Assembly: GCA_964519305.1 (NCBI GenBank)
Contig: CAZFHY010000001.1
Span: 96,001 to 160,000 of the forward strand
DNA from: Candidatus Undinarchaeota archaeon
Lineage (GTDB): Archaea; SpSt-1190; JASMDC01
Length of the DNA stretch: 64,000 nucleotides
Direction: 5' to 3'
The first letter of the stretch is position 1. Each line of letters starts with the position of its first letter. The position numbers and the translations under genes were made by a program. Shown here one piece after another: positions 25,339 through 34,883 of this stretch. The notes beneath the pieces are model-generated. The model saw only the letters and a program-made list of their open reading frames with translations, was not told the origin of the DNA and searched no databases.

Positions 25339-27068
25339 TTCCCATCCACTTGTACTGGAACCAGAGGTTCCATGACTATCTCATAATTGTTCTCGGTATC
25401 GGGCTCAATCTCGACCGATCCCATATACGTCTGGACCTTGAAAGCAGTGTTCCCCATGCTATCCTTGTTCGGGTCCGCGATGACCACATAGTCGCCCGGC
25501 ACCAGGCCGTCTATAGTGTACTGTCCCTCTTCATCTACGACCGAGGTATGCTCCTCGCCGGTGGCAAGGGCCGCTGCGATGATCGTGACAAAGCTGGGTG
25601 GGTTCCCCTTGACGTACCCTAGGCGGTCTAGCCCTTCTTCCACCACGCGGTCGCGCTGGCCAGCGCAGGATTCCCGTGTACAGTACACTCGGTTCCGTCG
25701 CGATACCGAACCGGATAGGCTACCGAACTGTTTCAGCACTAGCTCAGCACTGGCCGCACGGTCAGGGTGGAGATTCACCGTGAGCTCTGCTGGGGCGAAG
25801 CCCTCCTTAGCCACATGTAGCGAGTGTGTCCCGCAAGGGATCTCACGGTACTCGTCCGAGGCGGACCCAAGGAGACACGGCCCCAAGAACACAGGAGCAT
25901 CGCCCACACCATCACCCTCACGAAGTGTGAGGTCCAGTGAGCATCGTCCCTTGCAGAGGGGTGATACGAGCGAGGGGCCTTCGAAAGGTACGTTATCGGC
26001 GAGAGCCAGTTCTACCGCCACTTTGAACTCCAGAGGTCGGGCCGTGAGCACGCTCTCGCCCCTTACTCGGGAGATGGGCTGGGTATCCATCACGGTCACC
26101 CTGATTGGAAGTGTCACGTTGTAGAACGCTTTCCAGACCCTGAAGCACTGTGCCCCGAAGGAGGTCACCTCCTTGACGACACGGTCGGTGTTACCGCGCT
26201 GGTCCAGGAGCCTCACGATGAGGTCCTTATCTTCATAATCGAGGGACCACTGGATGTTGCTCTCCTGGAGCTCGGATTCACGTACAAGGGAGAGCTCCTC
26301 GGACACGGTTAGTACCATGTTCTCCTGAAGATGGAGCCTTATCTCGTCCACGGTGACGGTCTCCTCCTGACACCCGAACTCAGGCGGGCTGTTCGGAGAG
26401 AATATACGCGGATCCTCGATGATTAGATGGCCAAGGGACTTCTCAAGCCGGCGACCGTTCTTATGTATGGTCACATACTCCTCTGCCAACCGACGAAGGA
26501 GGAGCAGGCGGACGGGGAGGTCAGCTGTGACTTCCATCCGAGCGGTGCGCTCTTGCGCATCAGTTACATCGATCGAGACAGTGGTAGTGATACGGTTCTC
26601 GTCAGCATAGCTGACGTCGACCTCGGGAGGACCAAATGTCAGGTCGGCGATATCCTTGTCCAGTATCTTGATCGCCTCTCCGAACCGGGCCCAAGTCTCC
26701 CTCTTCAGAGCGTTGGTTACCTGTTCAATAGAGGGGATCGTGGACACGTTGCCTCGGACGAACCAGTAGGGCGTAGGTCCATGACGCAGGAACGGGAGGT
26801 GTTCCCGGCGATATCCCCCATGTAGCGCGAGCTCCTCGCACGCCCCGAACGTAGCGTCCTCCAAGGCCTTGGTGAGCACGACATCGAGCTTAACCGCTTC
26901 CCCCGCATCGGTCTCGGCTTCAAGCTCATGCTGCCGGACATCCGTCTCGGCGCTGCTACGTGAGTACTGGAGGTACATGACCATGGCGACCATGAGAGCG
27001 AACGCCATCATGCCCATGAGAGCTATCTGTCCCCGGCGACCCACCACGACACCGAGCCATCGCAGCAT
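25302..27068 (-). CDS. Large type IV pilin-like protein (class III signal peptide) with C-terminal carboxypeptidase-regulatory-like domain
   Basis: RRG|QIALMGMMAFALMV prepilin-type cleavage motif; C-terminal DEEGQYTIDGLVPGDY. Confidence 0.7.
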   Translation of the reverse strand: MLRWLGVVVGRRGQIALMGMMAFALMVAMVMYLQYSRSSAETDVRQHELEAETDAGEAVKLDVVLTKALEDATFGACEELALHGGYRREHLPFLRHGPTPYWFVRGNVSTIPSIEQVTNALKRETWARFGEAIKILDKDIADLTFGPPEVDVSYADENRITTTVSIDVTDAQERTARMEVTADLPVRLLLLRRLAEEYVTIHKNGRRLEKSLGHLIIEDPRIFSPNSPPEFGCQEETVTVDEIRLHLQENMVLTVSEELSLVRESELQESNIQWSLDYEDKDLIVRLLDQRGNTDRVVKEVTSFGAQCFRVWKAFYNVTLPIRVTVMDTQPISRVRGESVLTARPLEFKVAVELALADNVPFEGPSLVSPLCKGRCSLDLTLREGDGVGDAPVFLGPCLLGSASDEYREIPCGTHSLHVAKEGFAPAELTVNLHPDRAASAELVLKQFGSLSGSVSRRNRVYCTRESCAGQRDRVVEEGLDRLGYVKGNPPSFVTIIAAALATGEEHTSVVDEEGQYTIDGLVPGDYVVIADPNKDSMGNTAFKVQTYMGSVEIEPDTENNYEIVMEPLVPVQVDGKWEFVTRTDACC

Positions 27069-27122
27069 TATATGTTTTTAGGATGATGAAAATATAATAC
27101 TTGAGCGGCCTATTGCTGAACG

Positions 27123-30100
27123 GTGGAAGCGAGAGCTGTCGTGATGGCCCTGTGCCTTGCGCTCGTGACGGTGTCCGCACTGGACGTAGCGCCCTCTTGC
27201 ACCGGCGCGTTCACAGATTCCGGGCCTCTTGATAAGGGTGCGGCTTCGACAACAGTAGGCGCTCTTGCGGCCTACGCTCACCAGAAGTGCGCCCAACGTG
27301 CCATCGAAGGATGCTGTTACTTCGTCGTCGGCTCGGTACCAGACGGATTCGACCACTGCGCCGTCGCCTCCAACGGTTACATCTGCGACACGGACGGCGA
27401 TCCCTGCTATCACGTGAACCAAGTAGTTGATGGCGGACATCCAAAGTGCTGCCAGGACCTTACGTCCCAGACCGCTCATGGTTCGTTCGTGGCATTCTCC
27501 CTCGAGAGTGTGGCCCCGTTCTCCTCAGTATCTCTCCGCCTCACGGCGACCTGTTCCCCCGGGACGTCCACGGTGTGCGAAGCGGGACCCTCTGTCGCTC
27601 TGGCGACGTGCACATCATCATCATGCGATGACAGCTCAATGGATGATTGTTCCCCGCGTCCCGCCGTCACTTTCACCGCGTCCGGGGAAATCCTCACCGC
27701 TGACATTTCGGCCGATGTGCTCGATACTCTGGCCGCAGGGAGCACCTCTTTAGGGCTCAGGCTCACTGCACCAGCAACGACCCATACCTTCTCCTGGCCG
27801 ACCGATACGCTCTGCACAGAGGTCTACTATGAGGATAAGGGACGGTGCGATGTCGTTGATGGGACGAAGCACACTGGCGTGCAGCTCATTGGAGACGGTG
27901 CACCAGCGCTCATCATCGACCGTTCCTGTACGAACGGGAGGGATTGTGGCCCCGGAGATACCTGGGAATGCATCCTCTCGCAGGGGATCACCGGCCAGTG
28001 CGGCGAGTGCTCGGACAATCCCGGAGCACCATGCACGACCCGGGAGGGAGCCAACGGTTTCTGCTGTGGTTCGGTCTGCGCACCCGTCCCGTTCATCTGG
28101 GCCGATGCCAGCGGGGACGGTCGCCCGCCGGGTGAGGTGTGCGGGTCCAGTACGTGCTCAGGCACCATCGACTGCAGTAATGCGGCATGGGTCTGCTCCT
28201 CGACAGGGAACACATGTTGTAAGGAGGACGCTGTGCGCTCGTGCTCGACCGCCGGGGTGTGCGATGCCGAGGTCACGACGGAGTGCGCTCCCTATCTATG
28301 CACGAACGGCTCGTGCGCCACCACATGCGTGGACGATGACGGGTGCGCGAACGGGTACGCCTGTATCGAGGGGGCCTGCCGCCAGCGGTGCTCGTCCACG
28401 CTAACCTGCGCAGGTAATCCCTGCGTGGATACTAACAGTGACGCTAAGCTTGATGCCTGTATGCCCTGCGCTTCGGGAGGGCAGCGATGCGGGCTTCCCG
28501 ATGGGGGATCAGGTTTCTGTTGTGGTGGTTCCTGTAAAGTGCCTCCGTTCAACGTCGACAAGAGCGTCGGTGTGCTCTCAGCCGATGTCGGGTGCGGGAC
28601 CGGCCAGTGCGCAGGAAAGGCCCTCTGCACCGAGGACTGGCTCTGTGATACCAAGGGCACGGGCTGCTGTACCGACGACCGCCAGGGCGCGTGTACCTCC
28701 GCGGGTTCCTGTGAGACGAAAACGGACTGCAATCCCTTCAGGTGTGACGGGAACTCATGCGCTACAAGCTGTACAGACTACAAGGGATGCACGACAGGGT
28801 GCTGTGCCGGAAAAGTATGCGTGGCCTTCGGTTCCGTGAGCGAGGGCGACCCATGCCTTGAGGGATGTCAGTGCGCCACAGGTCTGTGCGACAAGGGCGT
28901 TTGCCGCACAGCGCCCACCTGCATCAGGGCCGACGAGTGCGAGAGCGGACTGTGCGTGGAGGGGGTGTGCCGTGATACCTGTGGACCGGACGGTGCTACC
29001 TGTCGTACCTTGTCCGGTGTGGGTAACTGCTGCGCAGGCTCATGCCTGGCCGCACCTACCGGTCTCTCCCCGGACGGGGCGTGTGGGGCAGGCAACTGCA
29101 CGGGCACGGTCATCTGCCGAGGAACGTGGATATGCTCATCGAACAGTACCGCCTGCTGCTCCACAAGCGATGCTGGTTCCTCGGCTGCTGGGTCATGCTC
29201 GTCCCTGGGCGAGTGCCTGCCGTCCGAGGTTTGCCTTCCCGGATGCGATGGTGTCCTCTTCCTGGTCCGTGGATGCTCTGCAGGAGCATGTACACCGGTA
29301 AAGCAGGAGGTCTGTACGGGACGCTGTACGTCCGAAGGGTGCGTAGGATGCCTAGAGACGACCGACTGCCCTCCCACTGAATGCGAGGGTACCGTACTAG
29401 TAACACGCTCGTGCGTGGACACTACCTGCATCGAGGAGGAAGCGGACTGCGGGGCGGACGGGCTCGTATGCACGCCCGACGGTTGTACTGGCTGCAAGGG
29501 GGATACGGCGTGCACCGAACTCTATGGTGAAGGATACGCATGCCATCTACCTAGCGGTACATGTCGCCTTGCCGTCTGCAGGTCCGATGACGAATGCCCC
29601 GGCACCTGCGCTAATAATACCTTCGTCCCGGGACAATGCCATGACCTGGTATGTGTCCAAGGTGAGCCCGTACCTTGTACCCTGGGCGAGGTCTGCTCGC
29701 TCCAGGGATGTACTGCATGCACCCATCGCGTGAACTGCAGCATAGCGTACGGCCTCGGGCGCTCATGTGTCGCAGGCAGGTGCGTGGACCTCTGCGGGGA
29801 CGGTACTTGTGATGCCGAGGAGAACTGTCGTCTCTGTCCCCCGGATTGTGGATGTCCCACCGAGATCATGTGCGATCCCCTTGCCACGCAGGGTGATACG
29901 GCCGGGTGCGTTGGGGATGAGGACGATGATGGGATCATCGACTCGCGGGACCCCCGTCCCCGCGACGGGGACAACATATGCGCACGTAACCAGGACTGCC
30001 AGCCGGCCTGCTACACCAACGTACTCTACCAGTTCCGGTGCGTGAACGGGGGCTGCACGATCCTTGAGAAAACACCCTGTAGTGACGAGCATCTTGTGTG

Positions 30101-31421
30101 CGATCCTGTCGTTGGGACGTGCGGACGATGTTCTGATGACGGTCCATGCCGCACCCTCATAGGCCCCCATGGACAGTGCTTCAAAGGCACCTGCCTTCCT
30201 GATTCGGACGAGGATGGTGTGCCAGATACCATCGATCCCTGCCGCCTCGATCCCACCAACACCTGCACGATCCGGTGCGGGGACGAACTGTGTGACGATG
30301 GTGAGGACTGCGTCACCTGTCCCCAGGACTGTGGATGCGATGACGGCAACCACTGCACTAAGGACGTGTGCGATCCGGACGCCCGCATTTGCGCCAATAC
30401 ACCCCTTCCCTGTGGTAGCGGGTGCGGTGGGGGTAATGTGTGCGACGGACGCGGCGGGTGCGGTGAACCGGGTGGCGAAGCCGCCTCATGCGGCTGCACG
30501 GAAGTCTGTCGACGTGGCCTCATGTGCCTCCAAGGATCATGTATTGTAGCGACATGCGGTGACGGTAAATGCGAGAACGAATGTGGCGTCTGCCCAGAGG
30601 ACTGCCCACCGTCAACGTGTGCCGGGGACGGGACGTGCGATCCTACGACCGGCGAGGACTGTCTCACATCAGCCGACTGCGCCTGCACGACAGGGGACCT
30701 GTGCGATCCGAGATCCCCTCTCGCTGACGTCAACGGATGTGTTGGCGGATGCGGGGACGGGCGGTGCCATCCCGATGAGTGCGCCTTCTGCGCAAAGGAC
30801 TGCTCCGTGTCCGACTGCAGCGGGAATGGTGTCTGTGACACGGCCATCGGTGAGAGCTGTACCACCAGCAACGAGGACTGCGTGTGCCATGCCGACGTGA
30901 ACGTGACGTCCGAGGTCGAGTCCGAAGCAGGTACGTGGACATCCATACCCATTCAGGTCCATAACGACGGGACGCTCGCGGACCGCTTCGTCATCATGGT
31001 CAGCACGTCGCTCGATAGCAAATGGGAGCGCGTGGAGACCTCTGAGATGGAACCGAACGCCACCCAGTTCCTCACGCTCGAGGTACAGGTCCCGGAGAAG
31101 GCAGGTCGTCATCCCGTCCGGATCCGTATCACGCCCAAGAGCGACCCATCAAGTGAGGTCGAGCGCACGGTGATGGTCGAATCGGCGGTCAAGGGATGGC
31201 TCGAACGGACCCTGGAGGGCACGATCCTTGGCTGGGTCCTGGACATAAAGGACCTCCTTGAACTTGTGTTCATCATCGTGTCGCTGGCCGGAGCAGTCGT
31301 ACTTGCCTTCCGCAAGCGCGGTCAGCTGGCGCGTTCGGCCCAGACTGGTGCCCCGGCGGTCTACAACCAGCCACAGTCCATGTACAACAATATGCGGTAC
31401 TATGGACCGTACTACCGGTGA
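27123..31421 (+). CDS. Giant cysteine-rich repeat surface protein with C-terminal Ig-like domain and TM anchor
   Basis: Signal peptide; very many Cys; CGDGxC...CxxCPxDC repeats; DxDxDG Ca-binding loops (DEDDDGIIDSRD, DSDEDGVPDTID); TM; Tyr-rich tail. Confidence 0.8.
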   Translation: MEARAVVMALCLALVTVSALDVAPSCTGAFTDSGPLDKGAASTTVGALAAYAHQKCAQRAIEGCCYFVVGSVPDGFDHCAVASNGYICDTDGDPCYHVNQVVDGGHPKCCQDLTSQTAHGSFVAFSLESVAPFSSVSLRLTATCSPGTSTVCEAGPSVALATCTSSSCDDSSMDDCSPRPAVTFTASGEILTADISADVLDTLAAGSTSLGLRLTAPATTHTFSWPTDTLCTEVYYEDKGRCDVVDGTKHTGVQLIGDGAPALIIDRSCTNGRDCGPGDTWECILSQGITGQCGECSDNPGAPCTTREGANGFCCGSVCAPVPFIWADASGDGRPPGEVCGSSTCSGTIDCSNAAWVCSSTGNTCCKEDAVRSCSTAGVCDAEVTTECAPYLCTNGSCATTCVDDDGCANGYACIEGACRQRCSSTLTCAGNPCVDTNSDAKLDACMPCASGGQRCGLPDGGSGFCCGGSCKVPPFNVDKSVGVLSADVGCGTGQCAGKALCTEDWLCDTKGTGCCTDDRQGACTSAGSCETKTDCNPFRCDGNSCATSCTDYKGCTTGCCAGKVCVAFGSVSEGDPCLEGCQCATGLCDKGVCRTAPTCIRADECESGLCVEGVCRDTCGPDGATCRTLSGVGNCCAGSCLAAPTGLSPDGACGAGNCTGTVICRGTWICSSNSTACCSTSDAGSSAAGSCSSLGECLPSEVCLPGCDGVLFLVRGCSAGACTPVKQEVCTGRCTSEGCVGCLETTDCPPTECEGTVLVTRSCVDTTCIEEEADCGADGLVCTPDGCTGCKGDTACTELYGEGYACHLPSGTCRLAVCRSDDECPGTCANNTFVPGQCHDLVCVQGEPVPCTLGEVCSLQGCTACTHRVNCSIAYGLGRSCVAGRCVDLCGDGTCDAEENCRLCPPDCGCPTEIMCDPLATQGDTAGCVGDEDDDGIIDSRDPRPRDGDNICARNQDCQPACYTNVLYQFRCVNGGCTILEKTPCSDEHLVCDPVVGTCGRCSDDGPCRTLIGPHGQCFKGTCLPDSDEDGVPDTIDPCRLDPTNTCTIRCGDELCDDGEDCVTCPQDCGCDDGNHCTKDVCDPDARICANTPLPCGSGCGGGNVCDGRGGCGEPGGEAASCGCTEVCRRGLMCLQGSCIVATCGDGKCENECGVCPEDCPPSTCAGDGTCDPTTGEDCLTSADCACTTGDLCDPRSPLADVNGCVGGCGDGRCHPDECAFCAKDCSVSDCSGNGVCDTAIGESCTTSNEDCVCHADVNVTSEVESEAGTWTSIPIQVHNDGTLADRFVIMVSTSLDSKWERVETSEMEPNATQFLTLEVQVPEKAGRHPVRIRITPKSDPSSEVERTVMVESAVKGWLERTLEGTILGWVLDIKDLLELVFIIVSLAGAVVLAFRKRGQLARSAQTGAPAVYNQPQSMYNNMRYYGPYYR

Positions 31422-31431
31422 TGGAGCGGTT

Positions 31432-32151
31432 TCAGGCCTGGCCTTCCCAGCCACCCTGACCTGCGGCCGGGTAATGGTTCCGGTAGTAGTAGTAGGATAG
31501 TCCCTCGTACCCGCCATCGTAGTATGTCGTCACGGGCACTGGGGCTTGCTGTTGTTCGGTGGATCCCCCCGTGCGGACCACGGACAGCGCCGCCAGTACG
31601 AGAGCCAGGGCGACCAGTCCTGCGAACACCATGGTCCGACGGTCCGTGTAACCCTTCGAGCGGACCACGAGCGGTTGCTGTGGTTTCGTGGCGACCGGTG
31701 TCGCGGCGGGCGAGTCCTCCACCAGATCGAGGGGGACGCACTCAGAGTCGGGGCAGACGGACGTGACCTTGATCGTCCCCGTGGTCTTCACCGCAACGGA
31801 CGTGTCCTTGATGGCAGCAGTGATCGTGTACTCGAGCGGGCCGCTCTTGTCCTTGGGCACACGGAACGGGAGCTTGAGCACCTCGGTGGTGCGCATACCA
31901 AGGTTGTAGTGCTTTGCGTCCTTGAATAGCGCGGCGCCCTGCCCCTGGAGATCCAGCTCCAATAAGGCCGAGCTTGTGAGGTAGTTGGTAATCACGACGT
32001 TGACAACGCCCCTCCCACCAGCACATGTCGGGACGGATTCGTCCACGAGCTCCACACCGATCGTCTTTAGACCGAGGCCCGAGGGTACGCAGAGCAGTGC
32101 AAGGACGAGTGCGATCGTGCACTGACCGGTGACGGACCTGCGGATGGCCAC
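31432..32151 (-). CDS. Membrane-anchored surface protein with one Ig-like domain (start refined to GTG)
   Basis: Signal peptide, beta-rich domain, TM, Tyr-rich tail; TTTTAAAA about 25 nt upstream. Confidence 0.65.
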   Translation of the reverse strand: MAIRRSVTGQCTIALVLALLCVPSGLGLKTIGVELVDESVPTCAGGRGVVNVVITNYLTSSALLELDLQGQGAALFKDAKHYNLGMRTTEVLKLPFRVPKDKSGPLEYTITAAIKDTSVAVKTTGTIKVTSVCPDSECVPLDLVEDSPAATPVATKPQQPLVVRSKGYTDRRTMVFAGLVALALVLAALSVVRTGGSTEQQQAPVPVTTYYDGGYEGLSYYYYRNHYPAAGQGGWEGQA

Positions 32152-32202
32152 GATGCCTTGATACCGGTGGGATTTTAAAAAAGTATCCGCGGGGCCGAGC
32201 AA

Positions 32203-33033
32203 TCACTCATCGGCACGGTGGACCATGAACACTTCAGGTCCTCCGTTGAAGAGATAGGGTGCGGGATGGACATAGAACTGGACCTCGGCCACTGTTGCCG
32301 GCCCGAAGCCCTCGACGTACCGCTCCACAGCGCCGATAGCAGAGCCATTGAACCGGAAGTCGTCCACGACAAGGACGTTCCGGCCGGCGAACCGCTTGAT
32401 GTGCTCATCCGCCTGGGGCGGGGCAATGACCTCACGGTCCATGCGGGTCTGTGACGAGTAGCGCACGGCCTCCACATCGAAACCGGAGTATCCCATGGCC
32501 TCGAGCTCCTCGCACACGATACCGGCTGGTTCCACGCCTCCTGACTCCACTGCCAGCACCAAAAGGTCGTCGGTATATGATGGGTCCCGAGCGACCTCGC
32601 GCTCGATGTGCGCGCGGACCTTCTGGCGGAAGGCATCCTCCCATCTGTCCCGGAAAGGCAGGTCGTCCAGTGTCCGTCGGGTCACGGGCACGTCGCTCAC
32701 GGCCGCGGTTAGCTCGTCCTTATGTCCGTCGAGCGTGTTCTGTAGTGAATCCAGGTAGGTCGAATCGCCCGTATGAGCGTAAGCAACGGCGTCCTGGGCA
32801 GCATCGAGTGTCAGATGGATACGCTCGTAGGCGTTCTCCACCTCCTCAGGAGCGGCCATCATACCGTGGTAGTGCTGGGCATAAGCATCGAAGACCACCT
32901 GGTTGAGGTACATGGCCAGTTGTCTGACCTCGGTCCGGTTCCCGGGATTGTGTTCGAGCTCATTGTAGAGGCGATCAACGACCTGAGCTCCATCCGTCAC
33001 GCCATAAAGCGGTTCCGGTCGGTCCTCGAGCAC
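32203..33033 (-). CDS. Protein with C-terminal phosphoribosyltransferase-like domain
   Basis: PRPP-binding-like GRNVLVVDDFRFNGS; LAVESGG. Confidence 0.6.
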   Translation of the reverse strand: MLEDRPEPLYGVTDGAQVVDRLYNELEHNPGNRTEVRQLAMYLNQVVFDAYAQHYHGMMAAPEEVENAYERIHLTLDAAQDAVAYAHTGDSTYLDSLQNTLDGHKDELTAAVSDVPVTRRTLDDLPFRDRWEDAFRQKVRAHIEREVARDPSYTDDLLVLAVESGGVEPAGIVCEELEAMGYSGFDVEAVRYSSQTRMDREVIAPPQADEHIKRFAGRNVLVVDDFRFNGSAIGAVERYVEGFGPATVAEVQFYVHPAPYLFNGGPEVFMVHRADE

Positions 33034-33084
33034 AGGAGGGCGGGCACGGCAGGGGGTACTTATAGTTTTCCCGGAGGTAGGCCG

Positions 33085-34122
33085 CTAGCGGGTGACGGTC
33101 ACCTTGGATAGACCCCGGGGATTGTCCGGGTCCAATCCTCTACGTAATGCGAGGTGACAGGCGGCCACCTGTGCAGGTACCACGAGAGGGATGGGTGAGA
33201 GGCACTCGGGGATGCCATCGAGCGGGAGTCCGACTGCGGCCGTGGCCCGGTCGAGGAGAGGAGAGCCTTTCGAACCCACCACTACCGCGGGTCCCGCTGC
33301 TGACAGACGCTCGATGATAGGTCCCATGGAAGGTGCGGTAGCATCCTCGGGCGCGAAGATAAGCGCCGGCGCCTTCCCGGCCACGGCAACGGGGCCATGG
33401 AGGTACTCCGCTCCGGACCATGCCTCCCCGGGCAATAGTGCGGTCTCCTTGAGCTTCAGCGCGGCCTCCAGGGCGGTGGAGTAGTTATAACCCCGCCCAA
33501 GCACAGAAAGCCCGTCATGGTCGATGATCGGGGCCAGCCCGGCATACTCCTGTTCATCTTCGAGCGTTCGTTCCAACACCCGGGGCACATCACGAAGCCC
33601 ATCAAGCACTTCGTCCTGTCGTGCCATGGTGGCCACGAGCAAGGCCAGGGCGGCCAGCTGCGATGTGTAGGTCTTTGTAGCGGGAATGGCACGTTCCTTT
33701 CCAGCCTGAGTGAGGAGCACGTGGTCGGCCACATCGGCGAGGGGCGAGTCGGGGACGTTGGTAACAGCGACCGTTACGGCACCCCCCTCCTTCGCCGCGG
33801 TCAGCACTTCTCCAACGTCGGCTGCGGCCCCGGATTGGGAGATGCCTACGGCCAGAGCACCCTCCAAAGGGAGTCGGGCTCGGTAGAGCGTGAGCACCGA
33901 TGGGGCCGAGAGCGAGACGGGTACACGCCACAGCACCTCGAACAGGTACTTTGCATAATGGGACGCGTTATGTGACGTCCCGCGCGCGGCCACGAGCACC
34001 AGGGGCGGTCGCTTTGGGAACGCCGCGGCCACCTCGGCGACAGGTCCTCTGAGCGCTTCGACGGTCCGCGACACAGTGCTGGGCTGCTCGCGCACCTCGG
34101 TAAGCATCACCGCTTCGGCCAT
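33085..34122 (-). CDS. Double-SIS sugar-phosphate isomerase/deaminase (GlmS isomerase-domain / GlmD-like)
   Basis: MLTEVREQP, ARGTS, ISQSG, ATKTY, ALEAALKLKET, HGP, DNPRGLSKVT; no glutaminase domain. Confidence 0.85.
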   Translation of the reverse strand: MAEAVMLTEVREQPSTVSRTVEALRGPVAEVAAAFPKRPPLVLVAARGTSHNASHYAKYLFEVLWRVPVSLSAPSVLTLYRARLPLEGALAVGISQSGAAADVGEVLTAAKEGGAVTVAVTNVPDSPLADVADHVLLTQAGKERAIPATKTYTSQLAALALLVATMARQDEVLDGLRDVPRVLERTLEDEQEYAGLAPIIDHDGLSVLGRGYNYSTALEAALKLKETALLPGEAWSGAEYLHGPVAVAGKAPALIFAPEDATAPSMGPIIERLSAAGPAVVVGSKGSPLLDRATAAVGLPLDGIPECLSPIPLVVPAQVAACHLALRRGLDPDNPRGLSKVTVTR

Positions 34123-34123
34123 C

Positions 34124-34834
34124 TCACACCAGCCTGAAGTACACCCGTCGGTTGCCCTTGCCCTTGTTCTCGCACTTCATTACCTCAAGGGTACCTATCT
34201 CCGATGTGTTCTGGACATGGGTCCCACCGTCCGCCTGGACGTCGAAGTCCTCGATCTCTACGATGCGCAGGACCTTGAGACCCTCGGGGAGACCTTTGGC
34301 CAGCTTCGTGAGCCCACGTTGCTCCACTTCCTCCCTAGAGAGGTAGTACACCTTCACAGGTCGGCCTTCGCGGATGAGCGCGTTGGCCTTGTCAACACAG
34401 GTCTGGATGAGCTCCCGATCGAAATCCTTGATATTGAAGTCGAATCGTGAGCGGTCGCAGTTGAGCTGGTTCCCCGTGATGAGCGCCCCACAGTCCTTAT
34501 GGAACACCGTGGAGAGCACATGGGCGGCCGTATGATAGCACATGAGCGTATGGCGGCGGTCCCAGTCAACGATGCAGTGAACAGCATCGCCCTCCTTGAG
34601 CGCTCCCTCGGGCTCGACCTGATGGGACACCTTCCCACCGAACTTTCCGACGTAGATTATCCGCACTTCACGACCGTCCTCGGTCACCATCCGCCCGGTG
34701 TCATGTGGCTGACCTCCGCCCGTGGGGTAGAACGCGGTCCGGTCCAGCACCACGAACTTACCATCTGTGACACTGGCAACGGTAGCATCGAACTCCTTGA
34801 GATAGGCGTCGTCAAGGTAGAGCGCGTCTTTCAT
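34124..34834 (-). CDS. alaX: Alanyl-tRNA editing protein AlaX (start refined to MKDALYLDD)
   Basis: LDRTAFYPTGGGQPHD, HTAAH, DGGTHV, NKGKGNRRVY. Confidence 0.92.
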   Translation of the reverse strand: MKDALYLDDAYLKEFDATVASVTDGKFVVLDRTAFYPTGGGQPHDTGRMVTEDGREVRIIYVGKFGGKVSHQVEPEGALKEGDAVHCIVDWDRRHTLMCYHTAAHVLSTVFHKDCGALITGNQLNCDRSRFDFNIKDFDRELIQTCVDKANALIREGRPVKVYYLSREEVEQRGLTKLAKGLPEGLKVLRIVEIEDFDVQADGGTHVQNTSEIGTLEVMKCENKGKGNRRVYFRLV

Positions 34835-34883
34835 GGATTGACCGGGCCCGTAAATGCTTATTAATCCTCTTGTGATGTCGCGG

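Noticed and set aside
27427-31112. Many long overlapping or antisense ORFs (e.g. 30026-30952; also 35725-36615, 18909-20084, 38895-39824, 50253-51218)
   Set aside because: Shadow frames of real genes in high-GC DNA with no recognisable motifs.
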